Source: Gemmatales bacterium
GTDB lineage: Bacteria; Planctomycetota; Planctomycetia; Gemmatales; HRBIN36
Direction: 5' to 3'
DNA length: 64,000 nt
Assembly: GCA_041640595.1 (NCBI GenBank)
Contig: JBEPZY010000008.1
Span: 130,773 to 194,772, forward strand
Positions 52,855 to 61,544 of the stretch are shown here, one piece after another. The stretch's first letter is position 1. Every line of letters starts with the position of its first letter. Both the position numbers and the translations under genes were made by a program. The notes beneath the pieces were generated by a model. It was not told the origin of the DNA. It searched no databases and was given only the letters and a program-made list of their open reading frames with translations.

Positions 52855-53391
52855 AGCCGTGCAATTCGGTTACCCACGCCCGGCCGACGAATGGTCACAC
52901 CTGGCGGCGGGCAAGGACCCAACGTCGAACCGCAAAGTTCCGTTACCCACGCCCGGCACGGGTTACCTGACAAGCCATCGGTCGAGCGAGCAGAGCCGAC
53001 CAGGGGTTAGTATCGCTCAGCCAGTCGTAATGGAACCGGGTGATGTTCCGCGACAGCCACGTTGAACATGGTTCGGTACCGCCCAGCCAGGGCCATAGCA
53101 TCTCGGCGATCGGTCGAGCCAGGAGAGCCAACGGCGGAACCAAAGTTCGTCCGGTGTGGGTTGCGGCAACCGGAGCTGGGATTGCTCGGCCTGGAGCGGT
53201 GGAGGCAAGGATGCAGTTGCAATATCGGGCGTGGGTTGCGGCAACCGGAGCTGGGCGGCTGCTCTGTGCTGGCGGGTTCTGGCGACATGATGGCCGAAAG
53301 CGGTGAGGGCTTGCCTGAGCGCATCTGACTGGCTGGCAGGAACTGACGCGGTTCAGGCGAACGTCGCCGAGAACAGGCGGGGCTTGCCTGA
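52850..53391. repeat. Three consecutive, mutually unrelated direct-repeat pairs (periods 73, 75, 73 bp)
   Basis: GTTACCCACGCCCGGC at 52869 and 52942; GTGGGTTGCGGCAACCGGAGCTGGG at 53156 and 53231; GGGCTTGCCTGA at 53307 and 53380. Confidence 0.88.
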
Positions 53392-53605
53392 AGGGGCTTA
53401 GTTTTTTACAAAGTGGACGACTCCAATCGCATTTGCGGTCCCGGCTGTAAAAGGTGCAATCCACACCGTCAGCGTCGCACCAGGTAATGCTTCGGGCCAA
53501 GAAAAGTCGGCTGGGAGCAAGTGCTACGCGGGCGGTGCAGGTCGTGCCTGTCAGTCCGGCGATGGGATTCGTCGGCCGATAGACCTCTGGTAGGAGAAAC
53601 TTCCG

Positions 53606-54337
53606 ATGCGAAACTTGCTGGCACCGTGTCTGGCGGAACTGGTCGGTGTATTTTTCCTGACCTTTCTGGGAGGTGGAGCAATTTGCGTGAACGAATTGCT
53701 TCCGGAAGGGCAGAAGATCGGCTTGATCGGTATTGCCCTGGCACACGGGCTGGCGCTATCCATCGGCGTAAGTGCCAGCATGAACGTTTCCGGCGGGCAC
53801 CTCAACCCGGCGGTAACCATCACGATGTGGGTGTACGGGCAAATTGACACCATGCGAGCAGTGTACTATGTGATTTTCCAGCTACTGGGAGCCTTGCTGG
53901 CTGGGGCATTGCTGGCGCTGGTGTTCGGCTGGTCGGCAGCGTTGACCCAGGCCGGACTTGGTACGCCGCACGTCGGTTTGCACAATCTTTTCAACGTCGG
54001 GGGCTGGCAGGAATACCTGATGGCGACAGCCATTGAGATTGTGCTGACCGCGCTGCTGGTGGCGAGCATTTTCGGAACGGCGGTGGATCCGCGGGCACCC
54101 AAAATCGGTGGCTTCGGCATTGGGTTGACGGTGATGGCGGACATCCTGGTCGGCGGACCGCTCACCGGAGCGGCGATGAATCCCGCGCGAGCACTCGGCA
54201 CCGCAGTTTGGGAAGCAGCTCTGAAACCGGGCTTCGGTGTGCTCGCCGATCACTGGGTTTACTGGGTCGGCCCGATTATCGGGGGGATTCTCGCGGGTGG
54301 TATCTATATCAACTACATTCTGCCGGAAAAAAGCTGA
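53606..54337 (+). CDS. Aquaporin (MIP family)
   Basis: SGGHLNPAVT and GAAMNPAR NPA boxes; HWVYWVGP. Confidence 0.95.
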   Translation: MRNLLAPCLAELVGVFFLTFLGGGAICVNELLPEGQKIGLIGIALAHGLALSIGVSASMNVSGGHLNPAVTITMWVYGQIDTMRAVYYVIFQLLGALLAGALLALVFGWSAALTQAGLGTPHVGLHNLFNVGGWQEYLMATAIEIVLTALLVASIFGTAVDPRAPKIGGFGIGLTVMADILVGGPLTGAAMNPARALGTAVWEAALKPGFGVLADHWVYWVGPIIGGILAGGIYINYILPEKS

Positions 54338-54342
54338 AACCG

Positions 54343-54457
54343 CCGGCCACGAATCAGTGAACACTGGCACCGCTCGCCGACCATTCGCTACGTATCACGA
54401 GTGCCTGGCTACCGGCCACTGACCACTACCCACTAATTACTGGCCACTGACCACTGA
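54343..54457. repeat. Heptamer array D
   Basis: CCGGCCACTGACCACTACCCACTA...CTGGCCACTGACCACTGA. Confidence 0.8.
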
Positions 54458-54490
54458 ACGCGGGCCATCGGATAGCGCTCGACGCCCACT

Positions 54491-57400
54491 ATGAACAGAA
54501 GTCCCTCGGTGTTGGCGGAAAAAAACGATGCAGGGGAGGTTGTTTTGACCCCCGAACGTTTGGCCGGGGAAAACGCTACCCACGACCGCGTGATCTGGGT
54601 GCTGGCAGTGCTGAGTCTGGCGGTGGTGTCGGCGTATCCGGTGGGACCGGGCAATCCGGATGCCCGGCTCTACCTGGCTGCCGGTCGGCTCATCGTGCAG
54701 GGCGAATATCGTTATGGGAGCGACCCGTTCGCTTACGGCGAACACGCACCGCAAGGCTGGGCGAGTCTGCAACGTTTTCTGGGCTTGCTGGGGCTGGGGC
54801 CGAAACAACTCGACTGGGTCAACAGCGGCTGGCTGGCCGAGGTGTTTCTGTATGCCTGGTACGTTGCTGGCGGGGGAGCCGGACTGGTTGCGTTGCGGGT
54901 CGCCCTGGTGCTGGTCATTAGCCTGCTGGTATGGCGAATGTGCGAGCGACAGGCGGAGTTGCAACAACAGTCGCCCGCGGCGCCGCGTGGCGGTCCCGGA
55001 CCCGCCACGCCAGCGGCCAAACGCCTGGTCGCGGTACGTCGCTTCGCTGCCTGGTGGACGGTGGGCCTGTTGCTGGCCGGACTGGTCTGGTCTGTCGGTT
55101 TGCACATTCGGCCGGAATCGCTGGGCGTGTTGTATCTGGCGGTGGCATTAGCGTTGTTGGCTCAAGGGCCGGTGAGCAGTGGCCCCTGGTCAATGGCCGA
55201 GTCGGAGTCGCGGTGGAGACGGTGGTGGTATGCGGCACTGCGTTGGTCGCGCGGACGCTTGTGGTTTCTGCTACCGCCTTTGTTTGCACTCTGGGCCAAC
55301 TGCGACAGCAGCGTTTTGCTCGGACTGGCCGCGCTGCTGCTGTACTGGTTGGGTCAGCATTTACAGGTCATGTGGGGGCCGGACCGCTACGCACGGGATG
55401 TTTTGCTTCACGAGGATCGGCGATTGCTGGGGCGTGTGATCGGTTGGTGTATAGTGGCCATAATGGTCAATCCGTTCCATTTGCACATTTTCGATCCCTC
55501 GCCGCTGGGATTTCCTGAGGCAGCCGAACTGCTTTATCGCGGCAGTCGGCAGGCGGTCCGGCTGGGAGTTTCGCCGTTCACTGCCGCGTATTTTACCGGA
55601 GCGGATGGGCGATGGGTGGGTTTGAGTCTCGCGGAGTGGGCTTATTACGTGTTAGTGGTGTTCACGGCTGCGGGAATGTGGCTGGGACGGGCCCACTGGC
55701 GGTGGTCCTGGTTTTTGCTGGCGCTAGTGGGATTGATTTTGTCATGTTACTGGTCGCGGTATCTGCCCTGGTTTGCTCTGCTGGCGTTGCCGGCCAGTTT
55801 ACCGGGCTGGCACCACTATCTGGCCCAGCGTTTGGGAGTTTTTCCCACTACCAAACGCCGATCGGTGCTGCTGGGACAACTGGGTCGGCTGGCCGTAGCG
55901 GCGACGGTGCTGGGTTTGATGGTGGCGACACTCTGGCCGCAACCGACCACAGGGACAGCTGCGGGGAGCATCACCCGCCGTGGCTGGGGATTCTCCCTGT
56001 TCGAGGATGCCAGCCTGGAAGCAGCAGCACAAACGACGGCCCACTGGTGGCACAGCGGTAAGCTGCCGGGGCGTGGCTTACACCTGGACTGGCTGAATAC
56101 TTCTGCGTACTGGGCAAACGCCCACCGTTCACAACCTGCCGTCTGGCTCGATATCCGCGCTGGGCTTTTTACGCCGCAAACGGTTCGTGATTTCCTCGAC
56201 GTCGTCGAGGCTCTGGAGAAAACCGGCACCTCGGAAGGGCAGCAACGCCGACTTCGCTTGAACGAACTGCTCCGCAAGTACGACATCAGCTACCTCGTCG
56301 TGGACAGAGACCATCTGGTAGTCCGTTACGATAATCGCGGGAATCAAATGCGTTTCACGCTGTTGCCCTTCCTGCTGGCTGAACGCGATGAGAAAGGGCA
56401 GCCGGTCTGGCAAATGCTCGACTACCTGGATGGAGAAACGTTCTTGCTGGCCTGGACAGGTTCGCCGCATTGGGAGCATCTTCGCACACTGCAATTTTCT
56501 CCGTTGCGGTGCTGGCAACGGGAGGCAGGCTCGGATAACCCGGCCACATCTCCGCCATTCGCGATCAACTCTGTCGGACGAACAGTGGAACCCTGGCGAA
56601 CGTTGCGGCATTACTTCACCGGCCAGCCTCCGCCTGTGCCACTTCCGACCTCTGCGGCTCGCTTTCTTCTGGAAGCATTCCAGCAAACGCGCGAGCCCCG
56701 GTATGTGCAGTTGCGGCAGCAAGCGGAGGCACAAATGCTCTGGGCTGCCCTCATCGCCAATACGGCCATGTTGCCGATGGGCGGAGTTACCCCAGCACTG
56801 GCCCAGCTGGGTACCATCTTCACGGAAGGCTGGCCGGGAGTACCCCGCCTTCCACTTTTTGCTTACCAGCGCGATGCCTTGCTGTGGCTGGCCTGGCGCT
56901 GGTCGAGACAGGGGATTCTGGCCGAACCGCAACAGCCATTCGCCTGGGCGGTATGTTACGATGTCGGTAATCTTCTCGACGCCCATGAAAGTCAGCACAG
57001 CGAGGGGGCTCACCACGAGAGTCGCCTGCTGGCACGAATGTTCTTGTTGCGGCAACTGGCTCGATTACAGCCAGGCATGGCCAATGTGCATCTGGAATTG
57101 GCGCGGCGATTCCTCGAACGCGGTTGCGATGATCTTGCTCTCGCTTCTGCCGAGCAATTCCTGCAACTCTCCGCCGGGTTGGAAGGCGACCAGAGTCAGC
57201 AGCCCGCTTCACGTCTGCAGGAACATCTCGGTTTATCCCTGGAACAACTCCGCAGCCGCGTGCAGGAAGCCCAGGGACGGTTTCAAACCTGGATCGCACT
57301 GCTGGCGCAACCCGGTTGGGTGCAATCCAACCCAGGCGAAGCGTTGTTCCGTGCACGGGAAATGTGGCAGTCGCGGCTGGCCAACACCACGATTACCGTC

Positions 57401-57943
57401 CTGCAGCAGCTCACCCGATCACTTTTGCCACGCCAGGCTGAATTCGCTGATGCAGTTCGGCTTCTCGCCGATGTCTATGTCCAGACCGGCGACGCTGTCG
57501 GTTTACAACGATTGCTCCAGCAAAACTGGGCGGAAGCTGTGTTCGGACGGCAGCGCTACGAATTTCTGCAAGCGCTGGCCGCCGGGGCACTCGGTGACGC
57601 TGCTCAGGAGGCCCGACGCCGGGCCGTCCTCGAAGACCTGCTGCAAAAGCAGGCGGCTGAGCTGTTCCTGCGTGGCGGCATAGCCATGACGCTGGGCAGT
57701 GATCTTGGCCCGGCCGGTAGCGGTTTTTATGGTCTGATGCAGCAGCACCAGGCACTGATGCGTAGCCGCGAACGCATTTACAACCTGCTGGCCATTGCTT
57801 CCGCTGCACTGGAAGACGGCAACATAGCTCAAGCTCGCCAGGCATTCGAGCGGGTTCGCATGATTGCCCCGAAGGAACCGCTGGCAGTCCTCGCCGAACA
57901 TTACCTGCGCGTTCTGCCGGAGACAAGCGGCAATACCCGATAG
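54491..57943 (+). CDS. Large polytopic membrane protein with TPR-like helical C-terminus (GT-C-like N-terminal region possible)
   Basis: D...LAAGR..., DPF, W.N..WL, IRPE, LWAN and NPF motifs; many TM segments; helical repeats. Confidence 0.7.
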   Translation: MNRSPSVLAEKNDAGEVVLTPERLAGENATHDRVIWVLAVLSLAVVSAYPVGPGNPDARLYLAAGRLIVQGEYRYGSDPFAYGEHAPQGWASLQRFLGLLGLGPKQLDWVNSGWLAEVFLYAWYVAGGGAGLVALRVALVLVISLLVWRMCERQAELQQQSPAAPRGGPGPATPAAKRLVAVRRFAAWWTVGLLLAGLVWSVGLHIRPESLGVLYLAVALALLAQGPVSSGPWSMAESESRWRRWWYAALRWSRGRLWFLLPPLFALWANCDSSVLLGLAALLLYWLGQHLQVMWGPDRYARDVLLHEDRRLLGRVIGWCIVAIMVNPFHLHIFDPSPLGFPEAAELLYRGSRQAVRLGVSPFTAAYFTGADGRWVGLSLAEWAYYVLVVFTAAGMWLGRAHWRWSWFLLALVGLILSCYWSRYLPWFALLALPASLPGWHHYLAQRLGVFPTTKRRSVLLGQLGRLAVAATVLGLMVATLWPQPTTGTAAGSITRRGWGFSLFEDASLEAAAQTTAHWWHSGKLPGRGLHLDWLNTSAYWANAHRSQPAVWLDIRAGLFTPQTVRDFLDVVEALEKTGTSEGQQRRLRLNELLRKYDISYLVVDRDHLVVRYDNRGNQMRFTLLPFLLAERDEKGQPVWQMLDYLDGETFLLAWTGSPHWEHLRTLQFSPLRCWQREAGSDNPATSPPFAINSVGRTVEPWRTLRHYFTGQPPPVPLPTSAARFLLEAFQQTREPRYVQLRQQAEAQMLWAALIANTAMLPMGGVTPALAQLGTIFTEGWPGVPRLPLFAYQRDALLWLAWRWSRQGILAEPQQPFAWAVCYDVGNLLDAHESQHSEGAHHESRLLARMFLLRQLARLQPGMANVHLELARRFLERGCDDLALASAEQFLQLSAGLEGDQSQQPASRLQEHLGLSLEQLRSRVQEAQGRFQTWIALLAQPGWVQSNPGEALFRAREMWQSRLANTTITVLQQLTRSLLPRQAEFADAVRLLADVYVQTGDAVGLQRLLQQNWAEAVFGRQRYEFLQALAAGALGDAAQEARRRAVLEDLLQKQAAELFLRGGIAMTLGSDLGPAGSGFYGLMQQHQALMRSRERIYNLLAIASAALEDGNIAQARQAFERVRMIAPKEPLAVLAEHYLRVLPETSGNTR

Positions 57944-58020
57944 TGCCCGGCTGACTGAACGGTCCGTCCAATTTTTCTGATACCGGGTCGCTTCTCCCAA
58001 CTGCCGTGGAGGCTGATGCC

Positions 58021-59007
58021 ATGGACTGGCAAAGCCTTGGGCAAACGCTGTCCTGGCCGGAAGATGTCCTGGTGTGGGCAAGTATTGGCGTTATCGTTGT
58101 GGCACTGGCGTTGCGCGTGGTAGCGCGGTTGTGGCTTCGCTACCGGCCGGATTCCGGCATTTGGGGAGCGGCCCTATTACGGCTGGCTTCCTGGACTGTG
58201 TTGCTGTTGATGCTGGCGATAGTCGGACGGTCCGTGCCTGTCCCGGCGCCGCTGCAAGACTTTCTTGGGCCGGCACTGATTGCATTGTTGATTTTTCTGA
58301 CGGCCCGCACCACCGTCCAGCTGGTCGGTGTCGCACTTCGCCGACAATGGGCCCGCTGGTGGCCCCAACTGCCTCCGGTCACGCTGGCCGACTTCCTGGT
58401 GGCGTTCATCGTGTACACCCTGGCCGAGCTGATGATTTTGCACCAGTTCGGTCTGGCCATCACGCCGCTACTTACCGCTCTGGGAGTTGGTGGACTTGCC
58501 GTAGCCCTCGGTGTGCAGGACACGCTCGCTAATCTTTTTGCCGGGCTGGGCATCACCCTGGCGCGAACGATCCGCCCAGGAGATTATCTGCGCCTGGAAA
58601 ACGGCCTGGAAGGACAGGTGCATGACATCGGCTGGCGCTACGTTACCTTGCGAACTCCGCAGCATACCCTGGTGATTATTCCCAATCTCCGCATGGGCCA
58701 GCTGATCATCACCAATTTCTCGCTTCCTGAGCCACGCATCCTGTGCCCCATTCCCATCACCGTGACTCCAACCGACGCCCCTCAACTGCTGATAGCACGA
58801 ATCGAGCAAACTCTTCTCCAGGCGGCGCAGCAAATTCCCGACGCTCTTCTCGACCCTCCGCCCCGGTGTCGCATCGTCGGCGTCACCGACAAGGGCATGC
58901 TCCAGTTGCAGCTGGAACTCTGGTTACGCACGCCGCAGGCTTACCACGAAGCCGTTCACACTGTTTATCAACACCTCTGCGAAGCTGGTTTTCATTGCCG
59001 GGCGTAA
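58021..59007 (+). CDS. mscS: Small-conductance mechanosensitive channel
   Basis: LGVGGLAVALGVQDTLANLFAG, GD, G.V.DIGWR and IPN. Confidence 0.92.
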   Translation: MDWQSLGQTLSWPEDVLVWASIGVIVVALALRVVARLWLRYRPDSGIWGAALLRLASWTVLLLMLAIVGRSVPVPAPLQDFLGPALIALLIFLTARTTVQLVGVALRRQWARWWPQLPPVTLADFLVAFIVYTLAELMILHQFGLAITPLLTALGVGGLAVALGVQDTLANLFAGLGITLARTIRPGDYLRLENGLEGQVHDIGWRYVTLRTPQHTLVIIPNLRMGQLIITNFSLPEPRILCPIPITVTPTDAPQLLIARIEQTLLQAAQQIPDALLDPPPRCRIVGVTDKGMLQLQLELWLRTPQAYHEAVHTVYQHLCEAGFHCRA

Positions 59008-59065
59008 GCGAATGGCCTGGCAGCGCTCATTCGTCGAGGGAATCGGTGGCGCACGGTGTGTTGCT

Positions 59066-59272
59066 AGTGGCCAGCAACTAGTGGCCGGTGACCAGTGGCC
59101 AGTTGTTGGAGAGTCAGTTAGTGGCCGGTGACTGGTGGCCAGTGGTCAGTTGCCGGAGAGTCAGTTAGTGGCCGGTGAACAGTGGCCGGTGGTTAGTTGC
59201 AGGAGAATCCATCAGTGGATGGTGATCATTGGCTGGTTACCAGTGACGGGTAGTCAGTGGCTGGGAAGTGCT
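59066..59272. repeat. Heptamer array E (GTGGCCA orientation)
   Basis: GTGGCCAG/GTGGCCGG/GTGGTCAG runs; GGAGAGTCAGTTAGTGGCCGGTGA twice. Confidence 0.88.
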
Positions 59273-59345
59273 CGTGGGCAGGGGCTGGAGGTCTGCTGGC
59301 GGAAATCGTTACGGTGAGCGGTCGGATGGTTAAAGTGCGGGGCAG

Positions 59346-59658
59346 GTGTGTACCAGTTGTGCCGATTTTGCGGATTCTGCGACGGGGGTTCAATCCTGGT
59401 TCCACCACGTCTCCCGAACGTGCGTATGCCAGTTGTGCCGATTTTGCAGATTCTGCGGCGTATGCTATATACGAGTAGGCACTCGTTGTGTGCAGGCATC
59501 ACCACCAGGGGAGATTGCCACCTGGAACGTGAATCGGCACGGCGGAGCGTGTCTCGGGACGACACGGCTGCCGGACTTGAGCACAATTGGGCTGGCCTGG
59601 GATTGTCCCCCCCACGCAAAGTGGGAATCGGCACAATACGGCAGCTGGACTTGAGCAC
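59346..59658. repeat. Two direct-repeat pairs (periods 76 and 74 bp)
   Basis: 32-bp core 30/32 at 59353 and 59429; 31-bp 26/31 at 59554 and 59628. Confidence 0.88.
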
Positions 59659-59759
59659 CCTGGCTGCCCTGGTCACCGCCGGGCTGCTACCTGGAGTGTG
59701 AATCGCCAGGACACGGCAGCACAGCCGCGAACAATCTCCGGCCCGCTAAGTGATTTCGA

Positions 59760-59882
59760 GCCACTAGCCACCAGCCACTGACCACTAACCACTGATCACT
59801 GGCCACTAACCACTGGCCACCGACCACCAACGACAACGATGTCTCCGGCAACCGGCCACTGGTCACTGACCACTGGCCACTA
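59760..59882. repeat. Heptamer array F (CCACTGG orientation) abutting the RBS of the cyclase gene
   Basis: CCACTAGCCACCAGCCACTGACCACTAACCACTGATCACTGGCCACTAACCACTGGCCAC. Confidence 0.9.
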
Positions 59883-59890
59883 TCAAGGAG

Positions 59891-60976
59891 ATGAGCGTGA
59901 GCGAACCGGTCACCAGATTCAGCGTCCTGGTCGTAGATGATGACCCGCTGGTTTTGGCCACCGTTGGCGCTATGCTGAGCCGGGAGTTTGAAGTCCTGGC
60001 TGCCGCTAGTGCGGATGAAGCGGAGCAAATTCTCAGCCAGCGGGAAGTGGATGTACTCGTCAGCGATCTCAAAATGCCAGGGCGATCGGGATTGGAATTG
60101 CTCGACTGGGCCAGAACTCACTTTCCCAAAACCATGCGGATTCTGGTCAGTGGCTATGCCGAGTTGGAGGATGTTCTCAGCGCCATCAACCGCTGTCAGG
60201 TGTTCCGCTATCTTCTCAAGCCCTGGCAACCGGAGGAATTGCTGCAAGCGGTTCGGGATGCCGCCCGTGTCATCGCCTTGGAACGCAGCCACGAACAACT
60301 CTTGCAGCAAAATTATCAGCTCATTTCCGAACTCGAAAAGCGGGTTCAGGAACGCACTCAGGAATTGGAACGGGCCAACCGATTGCTGGAGGCGGCCAAC
60401 CGGCAATTGCAACAGACCAACGCCATGCTCGAAAAGCTGGCCCTGACCGACGAACTAACCGGCTTACCGAACCGCCGAGCCATCGAACAACTCCTCCAGG
60501 CAGAGCTTCGTCGTCGCGCTCGCTACCCCAGTCCGCTGGCGCTCGGCATGCTCGATGTGGATCATTTTCGCAACATCAACGCTCGCTATCTGCATACCGG
60601 CGGCGATCAGGTGCTGGTGTCACTGGCGCGACTGTTGACCAGCTGTATCCGCAGTACCGATAGCGTCGGCCGATGGGGCGGCGAGGAATTTCTCATCGTC
60701 GCGCCCATTACCGAACTGCACGGCGCAACCGTGCTCGCCGAACGCATTCGCAGCGCTGTCGAGAGCACCCCGGTTCTTTACGACGGCTCCGAGATTCGCT
60801 TCACCGCCAGCCTCGGATTCGTCGCCGTTAACCATGACACTCTCGTTTCGTCTGACACACTGGTTTATCAGGCGGCGGCGGCTCTCAAGGAAGCCAAAGC
60901 ACGGGGTCGCAATTGTTGTGTGGTCGTGCCCCTGGCCACCCAGGCAGGACTGCCGGTCGTCGGTGCCGCGTCATAA
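59891..60976 (+). CDS. REC-coiled coil-GGDEF diguanylate cyclase
   Basis: REC domain (VVDDD, SDLKMP, KPW); DELTGLPNRR; RSTD I-site; GGEEF. Confidence 0.95.
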   Translation: MSVSEPVTRFSVLVVDDDPLVLATVGAMLSREFEVLAAASADEAEQILSQREVDVLVSDLKMPGRSGLELLDWARTHFPKTMRILVSGYAELEDVLSAINRCQVFRYLLKPWQPEELLQAVRDAARVIALERSHEQLLQQNYQLISELEKRVQERTQELERANRLLEAANRQLQQTNAMLEKLALTDELTGLPNRRAIEQLLQAELRRRARYPSPLALGMLDVDHFRNINARYLHTGGDQVLVSLARLLTSCIRSTDSVGRWGGEEFLIVAPITELHGATVLAERIRSAVESTPVLYDGSEIRFTASLGFVAVNHDTLVSSDTLVYQAAAALKEAKARGRNCCVVVPLATQAGLPVVGAAS

Positions 60977-61472
60977 CTTCGTTCTTGTCCCCATCACGCG
61001 GGACTTCACTGCAAGCCGCGCTCGCCAGGGAAACCTGTGTTTATGCACCGCCAACGTCTTTTTTCGGCCGACCGTCACTGTTCAACCAGGAGCGGCTGGG
61101 GTAAGCCAGCGGTGGGGCGTGAGCGTACCCGTCCGGTGAAAAACGCTCTCGATTGCAAGTACGTTTCTTTTGCCCGGCGGGCTGACACCCGCCGCTCCTG
61201 ATCAGGACACTTGCCACGCGCGACGAGTTCGGTTCCCCTTGCCAGCAACCTGCACCCGTGCACGGCGGGTTGATTCCGTCGCTCTGTTTTGCCGATTCAG
61301 TAGTCGCCTGACAGTGCTCGATTCTGGTGGGATAGCGTCGTATCACGCAGCACGGCCTGATTCGTCCGCCATTTTGACTGGCCGGGTGCTTCGAAACAGG
61401 CGGCCCCACCAAAATTGGAAATGGGCCAGATACTGCCCGATCAAAAATTGAGGCAGCGGTGGCGTTCGCCGC

Positions 61473-61506
61473 TTGTCTGCAAGCGGAAGGTCAAGTATGT
61501 TACAAT
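61473..61506 (+). promoter_or_regulatory. Putative sigma70 promoter of the GTPase-GAP1 operon
   Basis: TTGTCT-N17-TATGTT overlapping extended -10 TGTTACAAT. Confidence 0.45.
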
Positions 61507-61544
61507 TATGTACCGTTAGCGATTCACTTTCAGGAGCGTCGCCC

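Noticed and set aside
52850..53391. Canonical CRISPR array
   Set aside because: No repeat occurs three or more times, the repeats differ from each other, and there are no cas genes in the window.
56388..57683. 431-aa alternative-frame ORF
   Set aside because: Nested in the 1150-aa gene, with atypical Cys/Arg/Trp-rich composition.
59381..59407. tRNA or tmRNA gene
   Set aside because: Only a 3'-end-like fragment; no cloverleaf or matching 5' acceptor strand.
60977..61470. c-di-GMP riboswitch after the cyclase gene
   Set aside because: A 10-bp inverted repeat (CAGGAGCGGC/GCCGCTCCTG) is present, but I could not identify the class I or II consensus.
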